This document shows, piece after piece, positions 38,534-50,236 of a stretch of DNA of 58,936 nucleotides. The number at the start of each line of letters is the position of its first letter. Positions within the stretch are counted from its first letter, which is position 1. Location: positions 12,282,944-12,341,879 of the forward strand of contig NC_068995.1 of the NCBI RefSeq assembly GCF_001194135.2, written 5' to 3'. The position numbers were made by a program, and so were the translations under genes. This stretch comes from Octopus bimaculoides. Lineage: Eukaryota. The notes under the pieces were generated by a model. That model worked only from the letters and a program-made list of their open reading frames with translations. It did no database searches and was not told where the DNA came from.

Positions 38534-38700
38534 GTAGTGTTGAAAACAAATACATGTATTAGTATAACGCTCGGGAATTGAGAAAGTCTTTAAGGTTTCG
38601 AGCCGACGCTCTTCTACAGAAAGGAACACGGAAAGAAACAAGGAGAGAAACAAGCAGAGAAAAAAATGTATGTAGTGGTCGGCGATACGTACACGAAGAC
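38534..38700 (-). mobile_element. Second copy of the hammerhead-bearing PLE-like repeat
   Basis: Reverse complement CCTTTCTGTAGAAGAGCGTCGGCTCGAAACCTTAAAGACTTTCTCAATTCCCGAGCGTTATACTAATACAT aligns with 21829-21898. Confidence 0.65.
38587..38623 (-). ncRNA. Degenerate minimal hammerhead motif
   Basis: Stem I CTTT/AAAG; core CTGTAGA+A; stem II GAGC-gtcg-GCTC; GAAAC-CTT (the G16.2 position is C, breaking the stem III palindrome). Confidence 0.5.
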
Positions 38701-38896
38701 ATCACAAGAACACACACATCGCTAAAAATAAATGTCAAAAATAGTTCTGTACCACGGAATAGTCACGAATCTAATACAGGTGTGATAGGAAAGAACTGCA
38801 GTGAACACTGAACATTAGAAACGTCTTAAATCTGTTAGGTCAGCACAAGCAATACTGGTCAATTTGCGTTGTAGATGCTCATTTGGTGCCATCGTG

Positions 38897-38946
<50 letters not shown>

Positions 38947-39520
38947 CTGAAAAGTGTAGTATTAAATGTCCATCACAGCTGACATTACCAATCGGTTTCG
39001 CGTAAAGAATACAATGGATGTTTGCTAACAATCCGATTAGGTAACTTGACGCTCATCAGAGTTAGCCGTTATGGAAGGGAATATAGCAGAGGTGGAGTAG
39101 CACAAATGGTCAGTGGCTGCTGTGGGAAAGGTGACGAAGCGAAACAGGGGACAGAGGATGAGGTTAGGAGTTATGACTCTTGCTTGGGTGTACTGTTAAA
39201 CCAGCAAGAGTTATCTTGAAGAGTGGAAGATATGTGGAAGAGTGGAGGATTTTGGGCCTAAAGACTATGTTAAACATTATAGGAAATAGGGAAAAGCACC
39301 TCATATTGAATGCGCTATTGTTAGCTTTGATGATAATTACACATTATAGTATTTTTTAATAAATTTAACGTTCTGATAACAACAAATAGAACAACAACCA
39401 CCATCAGAACAACAACAAAATTTCCAGTGATGTTTTTAACATCGACTTCAGAGACATTTATGACAAAGAAGTGTAATGATAATTCCTGATGGTGGAGTTA
39501 TTATTGCTTTTGTTGATGCT

Positions 39521-39725
39521 GTTGTTTAACCCCAGGTCAGCGCTGATTGAGTGGAAACAATGATCAAAGACGATTCGAAGATAATCAACCCTTAATTTTT
39601 CCGTACCTACGTGAGTATTAGAAACATGTATGTTTATTTGTTTGTCTATTTTAATAATCGTTTGAGAGGAGATCTGGCTGCTATTTGACCATGTTACGAC
39701 CACGGTAGAGGATCATCCATCAATG
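39521..39725. mobile_element. Family D copy, best preserved
   Basis: GTTGTTTAACCCCAGGTCAGCGCTGATTGAG..AATGATCAAAG...TTGAGAGGAGATCTGGCTGCTATTT; related ends at 48547, 30511 and 50685 (inverted). Confidence 0.6.
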
Positions 39726-39762
39726 GCTTCGAATTTGCGATAATGGCCGTGTTCAGGGACAG

Positions 39763-39846
<84 letters not shown>

Positions 39847-40711
39847 NNNNNNNNNNNNNNNNNNNNNNNNNNNNNNNNNNNNNNNNNNNNNNNNNNNNNN
39901 NNNNNNNNNNNNNNNNNNNNNNNNNNNNNNNNNNNNNNNNNNNNNNNNNNNNNNNNNNNNNNNNNNNNNNNNNNNNNNNNNNNNNNNNNNNNNNNNNNNN
40001 NNNNNNNNNNNNNNNNNNNNNNNNNNNNNNNNNNNNNNNNNNNNNNNNNNNNNNNNNNNNNNNNNNNNNNNNNNNNNNNNNNNNNNNNNNNNNNNNNNNN
40101 NNNNNNNNNNNNNNNNNNNNNNNNNNNNNNNNNNNNNNNNNNNNNNNNNNNNNNNNNNNNNNNNNNNNNNNNNNNNNNNNNNNNNNNNNNNNNNNNNNNN
40201 NNNNNNNNNNNNNNNNNNNNNNNNNNNNNNNNNNNNNNNNNNNNNNNNNNNNNNNNNNNNNNNNNNNNNNNNNNNNNNNNNNNNNNNNNNNNNNNNNNNN
40301 NNNNNNNNNNNNNNNNNNNNNNNNNNNNNNNNNNNNNNNNNNNNNNNNNNNNNNNNNNNNNNNNNNNNNNNNNNNNNNNNNNNNNNNNNNNNNNNNNNNN
40401 NNNNNNNNNNNNNNNNNNNNNNNNNNNNNNNNNNNNNNNNNNNNNNNNNNNNNNNNNNNNNNNNNNNNNNNNNNNNNNNNNNNNNNNNNNNNNNNNNNNN
40501 NNNNNNNNNNNNNNTGGAGGAGGAGAGGTGGAGGAGGAGAGATGGAGGAGGAGAGGTGGAGGAGGAGAGGTGGAGAAGAGGGACGGAGGATGGTGGTGGG
40601 AAGGAGAGTCTGGGGTGGAGAAGGAGGGGTGGAAGAGGAGGAGAACGAGAATGAAAATAATCACCACAACGATGATCATGATGACAACGATGGTGATGAT
40701 GATGATGTTAA

Positions 40712-41308
40712 GACATAACCTGCCAGAAACCATCATGCAAATGTCCTTAAAGATGGATCTGACCTCTGGTGCAGAATTTGCGGAAAATTCAGAGACAATT
40801 GATCATGTTGTTTCTGGCTGCCCAGTCCTCGCTGAAAAGGAGTACCTCGTAAGATATGACACACTAGAGCAGCACATCTAACGGAATGCCTGTAAATACT
40901 ACAAAATGAAATCTCATGATAAGTGGTACAGACACCATCCAGAGGGTGTAGTAAATGGCGAGGGTGTCACCATACTTTGGAACTTCCCAATACAAACAGA
41001 CAGCAAAATTGTTTTCAATCGGCCAGACATTGTGATCAAGGACTACAGCATAGGAATTTGTCTGTTAATAGATATGTCTGTCCCACAAGATAAAGAAATG
41101 TCTCAAGAAAGGAATACGAAAAGCTTTCTCACTATAAAGATCAGCGAATCACAAAAATGTTGAAGTTTAGTACTACGATAATATCAGTAGTAATTGGTGC
41201 ACTGGGAATGATTAAGAAGGGAGCTGAGAAGTATATTAACCAACTCCCTTGCTACAGTAACCATGTAGTTCGTAAGTAAGTTACTTACCACACAGTCACT
41301 CCTACGCC
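40712..41308 (+). mobile_element. 5'-truncated Dong/R4-clade non-LTR retrotransposon (CCHC finger plus restriction-like endonuclease), pseudogenised
   Basis: CRIC / ETIDHVVSGCPVLAEKEY (CCHC), KWYRHHPEGVV, TILWNFPIQTD, NRPDIVI...LIDMSVP / KEYEKLSHYKD, VVIGALG; two frameshifts and a stop; ends at (TAA)n. Confidence 0.9.

Positions 41309-41376
<68 letters not shown>
41309..41376. repeat. (TAA)n tract shared by the Dong/R4 3' end and a SINE B tail
   Basis: Direct reading. Confidence 0.95.
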
Positions 41377-41510
41377 TCTTCACAAGGTCTGAAATTCTGA
41401 GGGAGAGGCAAGTTGATTACATCAACGACAGAGTTCAGTTGGTACTTATTTATCGACCCCGAAATTGTGGAATGCAAAACTGACCTTCGTGGGAATTGAA
41501 CTCATTAAAA
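41377..41510 (-). mobile_element. SINE family B 3' part
   Basis: CACAAGGTCTGAAATT..GGGAGAGG...GTTGGTACTTATTTATCGACCCCGAAA...GGAATTGAACTC. Confidence 0.75.
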
Positions 41511-41697
41511 ATAACTGCTTCTAATTTAGGTACAGGGCGAATAGTTTTGAAGTGATCGGGTTAGTTGCTTAAATAGAACTCAGTATGTGATTGGTACTAG
41601 GCATAAAACTACTAATTCGGTGTGTTAGGTTAGTCGTTGTGACTAAAATAACTAAGATTTTCCCGCCTCAACGACAACGACGACAAAGCTGAAGATT

Positions 41698-41703
41698 TGC
41701 AGC

Positions 41704-41760
<57 letters not shown>

Positions 41761-41803
41761 GGTGGTGGTAGTAGTAGTAGTAGTGGTAATAGTAGTAGTA
41801 GTG

Positions 41804-41870
<67 letters not shown>

Positions 41871-42135
41871 CAGCGGACTCAGCAACAGCAGCAGCAGTTA
41901 GAGGGGAGAAAATATAATTTTTAGCTTTGGCATCATCATCTTAAACAGCAGCAGGTGTAAGAGTGAGCAGCAGCAGCGGCAGTAGCAGAAGCAGAAACAG
42001 CAGCAGCAGCAGCAGCAAACAGAAGGGAGAAAATATAATATTTAACTCCAGCATCGACTTCCTCAGTAACAGCAGCGGCAGCAGCAACGGTTAACAGCAG
42101 CAGCAGCAGTTGTAACAGCAGCAGCGGCAGCAGCA
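41698..42135. repeat. (TAG)n/(TGG)n followed by (CAG)n-rich compound microsatellite
   Basis: Direct reading. Confidence 0.9.
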
Positions 42136-42751
42136 AGGCTTGTTGGAATATGGTTGAACTTGTGTTAGTGACTCAGCAGACAAATCAATATGTAGCTTTG
42201 TCCGTACATACAGATGGGAAGTAGTCTATTTAGCAGGCAGTGATGAATGGAATATTAAACACGATAGCCTGACTGCCTGCCTGATAGTTGCAGTTGAACG
42301 ACAGAGGGAATGAGACGGAGAATTAGAAAGGGAGGGAGTAGAAGTGCGTAGAAGAGAGATTTACTGACAGAGAGAGATTGTCAAAATAGAAAGAGATTGT
42401 ATGAGTAGAATAGACGCAAGAATTGCGAAATAAAAAGCCAACTAAATTTAAATGCAATAATCAGTGTCTATAATAGCTCGTCGTTCTTTTGTACTGTTAA
42501 ATTGCAATATTAGCTTTAACTTAGTTTCATCCCATTCGCTATTACCACAAACGCTAACAACATCGTCACCGCAGTCGTCACCACCGTTACAAAGCATCAT
42601 CGCTAACCACCTCCCCTTCCTTGCCCGAAAACATTCACCACCACATCATCAGCAGCATCGCATTGTTTTACATTAACTAACCTGGATCGATGATGTGTAC
42701 AGTAAGTTTTGTTACTTACATTCTTACATACAATACGTACATACACTAACG

Positions 42752-42782
<31 letters not shown>

Positions 42783-44060
42783 TTATATATATATATATAT
42801 ANNNNNNNNNNNNNNNNNNNNNNNNNNNNNNNNNNNNNNNNNNNNNNNNNNNNNNNNNNNNNNNNNNNNNNNNNNNNNNNNNNNNNNNNNNNNNNNNNNN
42901 NNNNNNNNNNNNNNNNNNNNNNNNNNNNNNNNNNNNNNNNNNNNNNNNNNNNNNNNNNNNNNNNNNNNNNNNNNNNNNNNNNNNNNNNNNNNNNNNNNNN
43001 NNNNNNNNNNNNNNNNNNNNNNNNNNNNNNNNNNNNNNNNNNNNNNNNNNNNNNNNNNNNNNNNNNNNNNNNNNNNNNNNNNNNNNNNNNNNNNNNNNNN
43101 NNNNNNNNNNNNNNNNNNNNNNNNNNNNNNNNNNNNNNNNNNNNNNNNNNNNNNNNNNNNNNNNNNNNNNNNNNNNNNNNNNNNNNNNNNNNNNNNNNNN
43201 NNNNNNNNNNNNNNNNNNNNNNNNNNNNNNNNNNNNNNNNNNNNNNNNNNNNNNNNNNNNNNNNNNNNNNNNNNNNNNNNNNNNNNNNNNNNNNNNNNNN
43301 NNNNNNNNNNNNNNNNNNNNNNNNNNNNNNNNNNNNNNNNNNNNNNNNNNNNNNNNNNNNNNNNNNNNNNNNNNNNNNNNNNNNNNNNNNNNNNNNNNNN
43401 NNNNNNNNNNNNNNNNNNNNNNNNNNNNNNNNNNNNNNNNNNNNNNNNNNNNNNNNNNNNNNNNNNNNNNNNNNNNNNNNNNNNNNNNNNNNNNNNNNNN
43501 NNNNNNNNNNNNNNNNNNNNNNNNNNNNNNNNNNNNNNNNNNNNNNNNNNNNNNNNNNNNNNNNNNNNNNNNNNNNNNNNNNNNNNNNNNNNNNNNNNNN
43601 NNNNNNNNNNNNNNNNNNNNNNNNNNNNNNNNNNNNNNNNNNNNNNNNNNNNNNNNNNNNNNNNNNNNNNNNNNNNNNNNNNNNNNNNNNNNNNNNNNNN
43701 TATACATATATAATAAGCTTCAAGCTTATAACGGATTACCGAGCATTGACAAATGTAGATAGTCCAATGTTGGGGTAAACCCTCAACGGAATAAAACTAG
43801 AGCTTGTATATCCCAATATCAGACTATTAACGTGCGTGCGTGTGTGTGTGTTGAGTGCAACATTAGTACAACTACATACAAATAAAAATATATAAATCTG
43901 AGTATACAAGTGAAGAAACGAAAGTAGCTTCCAAAGGACTTTGGCTGGAAACACGTATTTAATAACAATTTGGTTCAGCTCCAAACGACTTCAATTTTCC
44001 CGAAATGTTAGTATGTATGCATATTTGTATATTATATACGTATATCTAAGGCTATACATA

Positions 44061-44400
44061 CAGGGGGTCCGGGCTAAATACGACGATATTTTATGTCTTC
44101 TTTTTTTAAGAACATTGGTGAATGGTCAACGGCGTTGGATTGCATAATGATGAAAGATGAATTTGAGAAAAATTTAATTGGTATTGAGGACTGGAAGCCC
44201 TCTTAGTATTTAACGAGTTTTCTTTATCACGAATATACGCGACGTGTTTCAAAATGCCGACATCATGATTGCTTCTCAATGATCTGTGAACACTGTAAAG
44301 GCAGGAAGACATTATATGGATATAATGAAAATCAAGTTTCAGAGACTCTGGTGTTCGTTGAGTGTGTTTCCAGTAAGGGTGTCGTCATGCTGCCTAAACC
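44061..44400 (+). mobile_element. Highly degenerate second maT-type transposon fragment
   Basis: TA followed by CAGGGGGTCCGGGCTAAATACGACGATATTTTAT resembles the 13703 left end; LVFVECVSSKGVVMLP matches VMVFRVMTSDGNVMPP. Confidence 0.55.
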
Positions 44401-44491
44401 TTTAAAGTGAACCTTAGGCTCAATTCAGCCAGCTATCTGAAGCCGCTGGAGACTGGCCAAATCCTGGCTGGTGAGGGTTGCTGTTGAAACG

Positions 44492-44531
<40 letters not shown>

Positions 44532-45751
44532 NNNNNNNNNNNNNNNNNNNNNNNNNNNNNNNNNNNNNNNNNNNNNNNNNNNNNNNNNNNNNNNNNNNNN
44601 NNNNNNNNNNNNNNNNNNNNNNNNNNNNNNNNNNNNNNNNNNNNNNNNNNNNNNNNNNNNNNNNNNNNNNNNNNNNNNNNNNNNNNNNNNNNNNNNNNNN
44701 NNNNNNNNNNNNNNNNNNNNNNNNNNNNNNNNNNNNNNNNNNNNNNNNNNNNNNNNNNNNNNNNNNNNNNNNNNNNNNNNNNNNNNNNNNNNNNNNNNNN
44801 NNNNNNNNNNNNNNNNNNNNNNNNNNNNNNNNNNNNNNNNNNNNNNNNNNNNNNNNNNNNNNNNNNNNNNNNNNNNNNNNNNNNNNNNNNNNNNNNNNNN
44901 NNNNNNNNNNNNNNNNNNNNNNNNNNNNNNNNNNNNNNNNNNNNNNNNNNNNNNNNNNNNNNNNNNNNNNNNNNNNNNNNNNNNNNNNNNNNNNNNNNNN
45001 NNNNNNNNNNNNNNNNNNNNNNNNNNNNNNNNNNNNNNNNNNNNNNNNNNNNNNNNNNNNNNNNNNNNNNNNNNNNNNNNNNNNNNNNNNNNNNNNNNNN
45101 NNNNNNNNNNNNNNNNNNNNNNNNNNNNNNNNNNNNNNNNNNNNNNNNNNNNNNNNNNNNNNNNNNNNNNNNNNNNNNNNNNNNNNNNNNNNNNNNNNNN
45201 NNNNNNNNNNNNNNNNNNNNNNNNNNNNNNNNNNNNNNNNNNNNNNNNNNNNNNNNNNNNNNNNNNNNNNNNNNNNNNNNNNNNNNNNNNNNNNNNNNNN
45301 NNNNNNNNNNNNNNNNNNNNNNNNNNNNNNNNNNNNNNNNNNNNNNNNNNNNNNNNNNNNNNNNNNNNNNNNNNNNNNNNNNNNNNNNNNNNNNNNNNNN
45401 NNNNNNNNNNNNNNNNNNNNNNNNNNNNNNNNNNNNNNNNNNNNNNNNNNNNNNNNNNNNNNNNNNNNNNNNNNNNNNNNNNNNNNNNNNNNNNNNNNNN
45501 NNNNNNNNNNNNNNNNNNNNNNNNNNNNNTGTATATATATATATATGTACATATGTATATATATGTATATATGTATACATGTTTTTGCATCTATCCAAGT
45601 ATGTATGTATGTAGGTAGGTATGTAAGTACATGTGTTTACATGAGTAACTTAATGTAAAATTAACAGAAGAGCAGTTTATATTCATATGAATATCAGCCC
45701 TATGCTGGAGCTGACTGAATGCCTGCATGTGTGAGTGAAAGGGAGAGAGAG

Positions 45752-45782
<31 letters not shown>

Positions 45783-46117
45783 TTTCTTTTACACTCGCAG
45801 ACATTCTACCCACTCACCCTCTCACTCGAAGACAATTACAAGCCGGAATATCAACTTCGATTAAAAATTAGAAACAATCTTGTTCTCCAATGGTGCGATT
45901 CAATTAACTTGAACATCCCAACATGCTATTTTATACATACATATATATAGATAGATAGATACACACACACATACATACATACATACGTACGTACGTACAT
46001 ACATACATACATACATACATACATACGTACATACATACATACATACATACATGTATTTATTTCAATTTTAGTCTTCTTTAATGACAATGTTAAAACCTCG
46101 TAAATAAATTAAAGTAA

Positions 46118-46150
<33 letters not shown>

Positions 46151-46559
46151 CGTTGTTGTTGTTTTTTTGTTGTTGTTTATCGCCTGAGATCACCTTCGAC
46201 TGAGGAAATTTTGATCAAAAGCATATATACAATTCACAATAACTGTGACATTGTATTCTTTCGGACTGAAATACAACTTATCCAATTTGTCCATTTTTTT
46301 CTTATGCAGCAGCGAAAAGTTTGAGGGAGAAATAGTTTCTATTTCCAGCTAGACGAGTAGCCACATATAGACTGCCTTTCGACAAGACCTAAGCTCCATA
46401 GGTTTCATATAGTTTAAACATAGGTCAAAATAAGCTATGGCCTGGTCAACCTATGGTCAGACCCATTCGATCTTTGTCCACCCTTGTGTCTTTTCATACT
46501 CAGTGACTTTACTTAATGTTAGACTTTTCAAGGATTTCAGGAATATTCCGATTCCAATT

Positions 46560-47332
46560 CTGACAATTACTCACAACCGTTTTAAATCTAATTCAATAAT
46601 GTCTCCCTACTTGTCTCCCCATCTCTATCTAGCCATCTCAATCGTAGTGGTCGTCCTTTTCTAAGTTGAACTTTTAGATGTTCCAAACATGACGTTGTTT
46701 TCTATAACACCCACCTCATAACGTGACCAAAGAATTTTAATCTTTGTTTGACAATCAATGCTTCCAAACTACTCTCCGATTTCATTTGCCGTAGTATTGA
46801 TCACTTTCCTCTTCTTTCCGACCATGTTATTCTCAATAATCTTTTCCAAGCACCGCATTTCTAATGCATCAATTTTCCTTCAATCTTGTTTTCTTAATTG
46901 TCCGGCTTTCGCATTCATACATCATTACTGCATACACCATCGATTTCAAAAACCTCTCCCTTTGTTCTTTGTGACACTCCTTTATCTTTCATAATTTTCT
47001 CTAGTCCCAACATGGCGGTCATTCCAAGAAGCTATTCTTTGACTTTCATTTCAGTATCTCCCATTTCATTCAGCTTTGGTTACAAGGAAAATAAATTCAC
47101 TCTCTACTTTACTATTTGGTATCTAATCTAGAAAATTCTTTAAATTTAAAGTAGATCGATGTTCATATTTCTACATGTCTAGATTTAGCCAAGCTTTTGT
47201 TTTTGCTTCAGTTATATTTTCCAGCATTTTACTCTGTCTCACTTCATTTTCTGCAAACAAAATAACTTCATGACTCTTAATTCTGTTTCGAAATTTTAAC
47301 TCATTCCATCTCACTTAATCCTGTTTTCATCG
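46560..47332 (-). mobile_element. RTE/BovB-clade LINE reverse-transcriptase C-terminal relic
   Basis: Minus-strand remnants FLKSMVYAVMMYECES, RKIDALEMRC, RLLRITWSER, LKFFGHVMR and KGRP..RWLD; eroded YADD region; frameshifts and stops. Confidence 0.85.
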
Positions 47333-47372
47333 TAATATTTACACTGAGTAATCTACAAAGAAGGTAAGTATA

Positions 47373-47535
47373 GGCGTAGGGGTGGCTCTGTGGTAAGTAG
47401 CTTGCTTACGAATCACATGGTCCCGGGTTCAGTCCCACTGCGTGGCACCTTGGGCTAGTGTCTTCTACTATAGCCTCGGGCCGACCAAAGCCTTCTGAGT
47501 GGATTTGGTAGACGGAAACTGAAAGAAGCCTGTCG

Positions 47536-47580
<45 letters not shown>

Positions 47581-47797
47581 TTGTGTGTATGTTTGTGTGT
47601 CTGTTTGTCCTCCCAACATTGCTTGACAACCGAAGTGTGTTTACGTCCCCGTAACTTAACGATTCGGCAAAATAGACCGATAAAATAAGTACTAGGCTTA
47701 CAAAGAATAAGCCCTGGGGTCGATTTGCTCGACTAAAAGCAGTGCTCTAGCATGGCCACAGTCAAATGACTGAAAGAAGTAAAAGAGCAAAAGAGTA
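47373..47797 (+). mobile_element. SINE family A, full length (reference copy)
   Basis: A-box-like GTGGCTCTGTGGTAAG, B-box-like GGGTTCAGTCC, CORE-like CACCTTGGGCTAGTG, internal (TA)n(TG)n, tail GACTGAAAGAAGTAAAAGAGCAAAAGAGTA. Confidence 0.92.
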
Positions 47798-48546
47798 TGG
47801 TATTTAACTCTGTCTAACTCCTTTCTTAACTGCAAATCATTCGATGTTCCATAACATTCATCTAACTGTATATCAATTTCTTTTCCAATATGTCGTTTGC
47901 TTTTCTTAAACGGGTGGGATATGATATTAGTGATATTTGGCTTCAGTTATTAGAAATCTCTTCCTGGAATCCCTCGAAGACCAACACTGCGTTTCATCCT
48001 TCCTGGTTCGATAAAATAAAGTAGCAGTCAAATATTGAGGGTCATTTTAATCGGCAAATCCCACCGTTAAGTCTGTGACCGTTTGTTCTATATTAGACGT
48101 AAATATAAGACACGTCTTCTATGATTTGTCTCGCATTATTTGCTCTAACTGGACGCTGACATCATAAATTAAACGGCTAATACGGTTTCTGTCTACAATT
48201 GAAATGCAATACCTGCATTTATGTCGCAATTACCATTTACCAAAGGTATGAACGATCACAGCTCATTTAAAATCTGGTGAGAAGCGGGGCTTTGAATCAA
48301 GTAATGAAAAAGGGCTAATACCTTTAACTGCTTTCTCCTACCTTGTTATTGTATATCAGGTAAAGCCATAGAAATTACTAGAAAGCCAGAAGTAAGGCCG
48401 TAGAATCAACCCACCAAATTTTTAGCTCGAAGCTCACCATAATTGATAAATCCTTTTCCCCTTCGGTGCCAGTAAGTCAGTTGCATTAATGTTCTATGCT
48501 CAAGTCAATTCAATAGCCTGTACTATTTCTCCTAAAATTACGATTG

Positions 48547-48610
48547 ATGTTTAGCCTCAGGTCAGCTGCTATGAATGACTAAATCAATGATCAAATGGCT
48601 TCGAGTCTTT
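48547..48610. mobile_element. Family D end fragment
   Basis: GATGTTTAGCCTCAGGTCAGC...AATCAATGATCAAATGGCTTC. Confidence 0.5.
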
Positions 48611-48897
48611 ATATCATCCCATTTTCTTTTCTGTTTTGTTTATTGCATACATACAGTACTCCTTTACCCAACATTCTCTGCCATTTCTAGCTTTTCGAAC
48701 AACCATATAGAAGCGTATTTTTGCGCTTCTTCGATGAGTTACTAATGGGTCGGTAACTATACTAGCCCCAATCTGGTCTGAGATCGATGTAGAAACTCTT
48801 ATTTCAGTTATATTGCACACGTTGGTAAAAATTGAATGAACATCACCACATGCTATTGACATATGCTTACAAAACTAATTCAGGAATTTGTTCTCTT

Positions 48898-49072
48898 GGT
48901 GGAGGCACGTGTTGGAGTCATGATCATAGGATCGTGGTTTCGATTCCCAGAATGTGATGCGTTGCGTTCTTGAGCAAAACACTTCATTTTACGTTGCTCA
49001 GGTTTACAAAGCTGGCATATATGAGTAATCCTGCGACGGACCGGCGTCCCATCCAGGTGGGGACTATACTTG
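48898..49072 (+). mobile_element. tRNA-derived SINE, family C, with a V-domain-like motif
   Basis: B-box GGTTTCGATTCC; CTTGAGCAAAACACTT; CCTGCGACGGACCGGCGTCCCATCCAGG resembles the V-SINE domain as I recall it. Confidence 0.6.
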
Positions 49073-49290
49073 TACCATTCCTTCAGTGTTCTGTTTTCTT
49101 ATAACCAGAAATGCCTCTGACGATGGTTACCATAGATAAGGTCATTCAACATTTCTCAAATGATCAAAAATTAATGATTGAGAAACTCATCAGTAATGAC
49201 CTATAATGATCACTGGAAACAGCTGTAAACCAAATTTACTCCACTAAAGGAAAAATAAGTTACGATCATTATTTATGTCTTGTCTTATAC

Positions 49291-49329
<39 letters not shown>

Positions 49330-49919
49330 NNNNNNNNNNNNNNNNNNNNNNNNNNNNNNNNNNNNNNNNNNNNNNNNNNNNNNNNNNNNNNNNNNNNNNN
49401 NNNNNNNNNNNNNNNNNNNNNNNNNNNNNNNNNNNNNNNNNNNNNNNNNNNNNNNNNNNNNNNNNNNNNNNNNNNNNNNNNNNNNNNNNNNNNNNNNNNN
49501 NNNNNNNNNNNNNNNNNNNNNNNNNNNNNNNNNNNNNNNNNNNNNNNNNNNNNNNNNNNNNNNNNNNNNNNNNNNNNNNNNNNNNNNNNNNNNNNNNNNN
49601 NNNNNNNNNNNNNNNNNNNNNNNNNNNNNNNNNNNNNNNNNNNNNNNNNNNNNNNNNNNNNNNNNNNNNNNNNNNNNNNNNNNNNNNNNNNNNNNNNNNN
49701 NNNNNNNNNNNNNNNNNNNNNNNNNNNNNNNNNNNNNNNNNNNNNNNNNNNNNNNNNNNNNNNNNNNNNNNNNNNNNNNNNNNNNNNNNNNNNNNNNNNN
49801 NNNNNNNNNNNNNNNNNNNNNNNNNNNNNNNNNNNNNNNNNNNNNNNNNNNNNNNNNNNNNNNNNNNNNNNNNNNNNNNNNNNNNNNNNNNNNNNNNNNN
49901 NNNNNNNNNNNNNNNNNNN

Positions 49920-50236
49920 CAGACCGGGCGTTGTGAGTGTTTATTGAGCGAAAACACTCAAAGCTCCACGAGGCTCCGGCAGAAGATGGTGGCGAACCCT
50001 GCTGTACTCTTTCACCACAACTTTCTCTCACTCTTACTTCCTGTTTCTGTTGTCCCTGTAATTCAAAGGGCCAGCCTTGTCACACTGTGTCACGCTGAAT
50101 ATCCCCGAGAACTACGTTAAGGGTACACGTGTCTGTGGAGTGCTCAGCCACTTGCACGTTAATTTCACGAGCAAGCTGTTCCGTTGATAGGACCAACTGG
50201 AACCCTCGACGTCGTAAGCGACGGAGTGCCAACAAA
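49920..50236 (+). mobile_element. Interspersed repeat body, probable SINE with its head hidden in the preceding gap
   Basis: Sharp-edged GC-richer block that I recognise as a common octopus repeat (GGGTACACGTGTCTGTGGAGTGCTCAGCCACTTGCACGTTAATTTCACGAGC...GACGGAGTGCCAAC); single copy here. Confidence 0.5.

Noticed and set aside
40515-40650. GGA-rich purine tract (G4 or triplex potential)
   Set aside because: Ordinary degenerate (GGA)n microsatellite truncated by a gap; nothing suggests function
27531-45658. Many 200-395 aa ORFs made mostly of X and YI repeats
   Set aside because: Artefacts of reading through N gaps and (TA)n
47373-47450. tRNA gene candidates (also at 2337, 48898 and 51802)
   Set aside because: A/B-box-like motifs continue into SINE bodies; no complete cloverleaf
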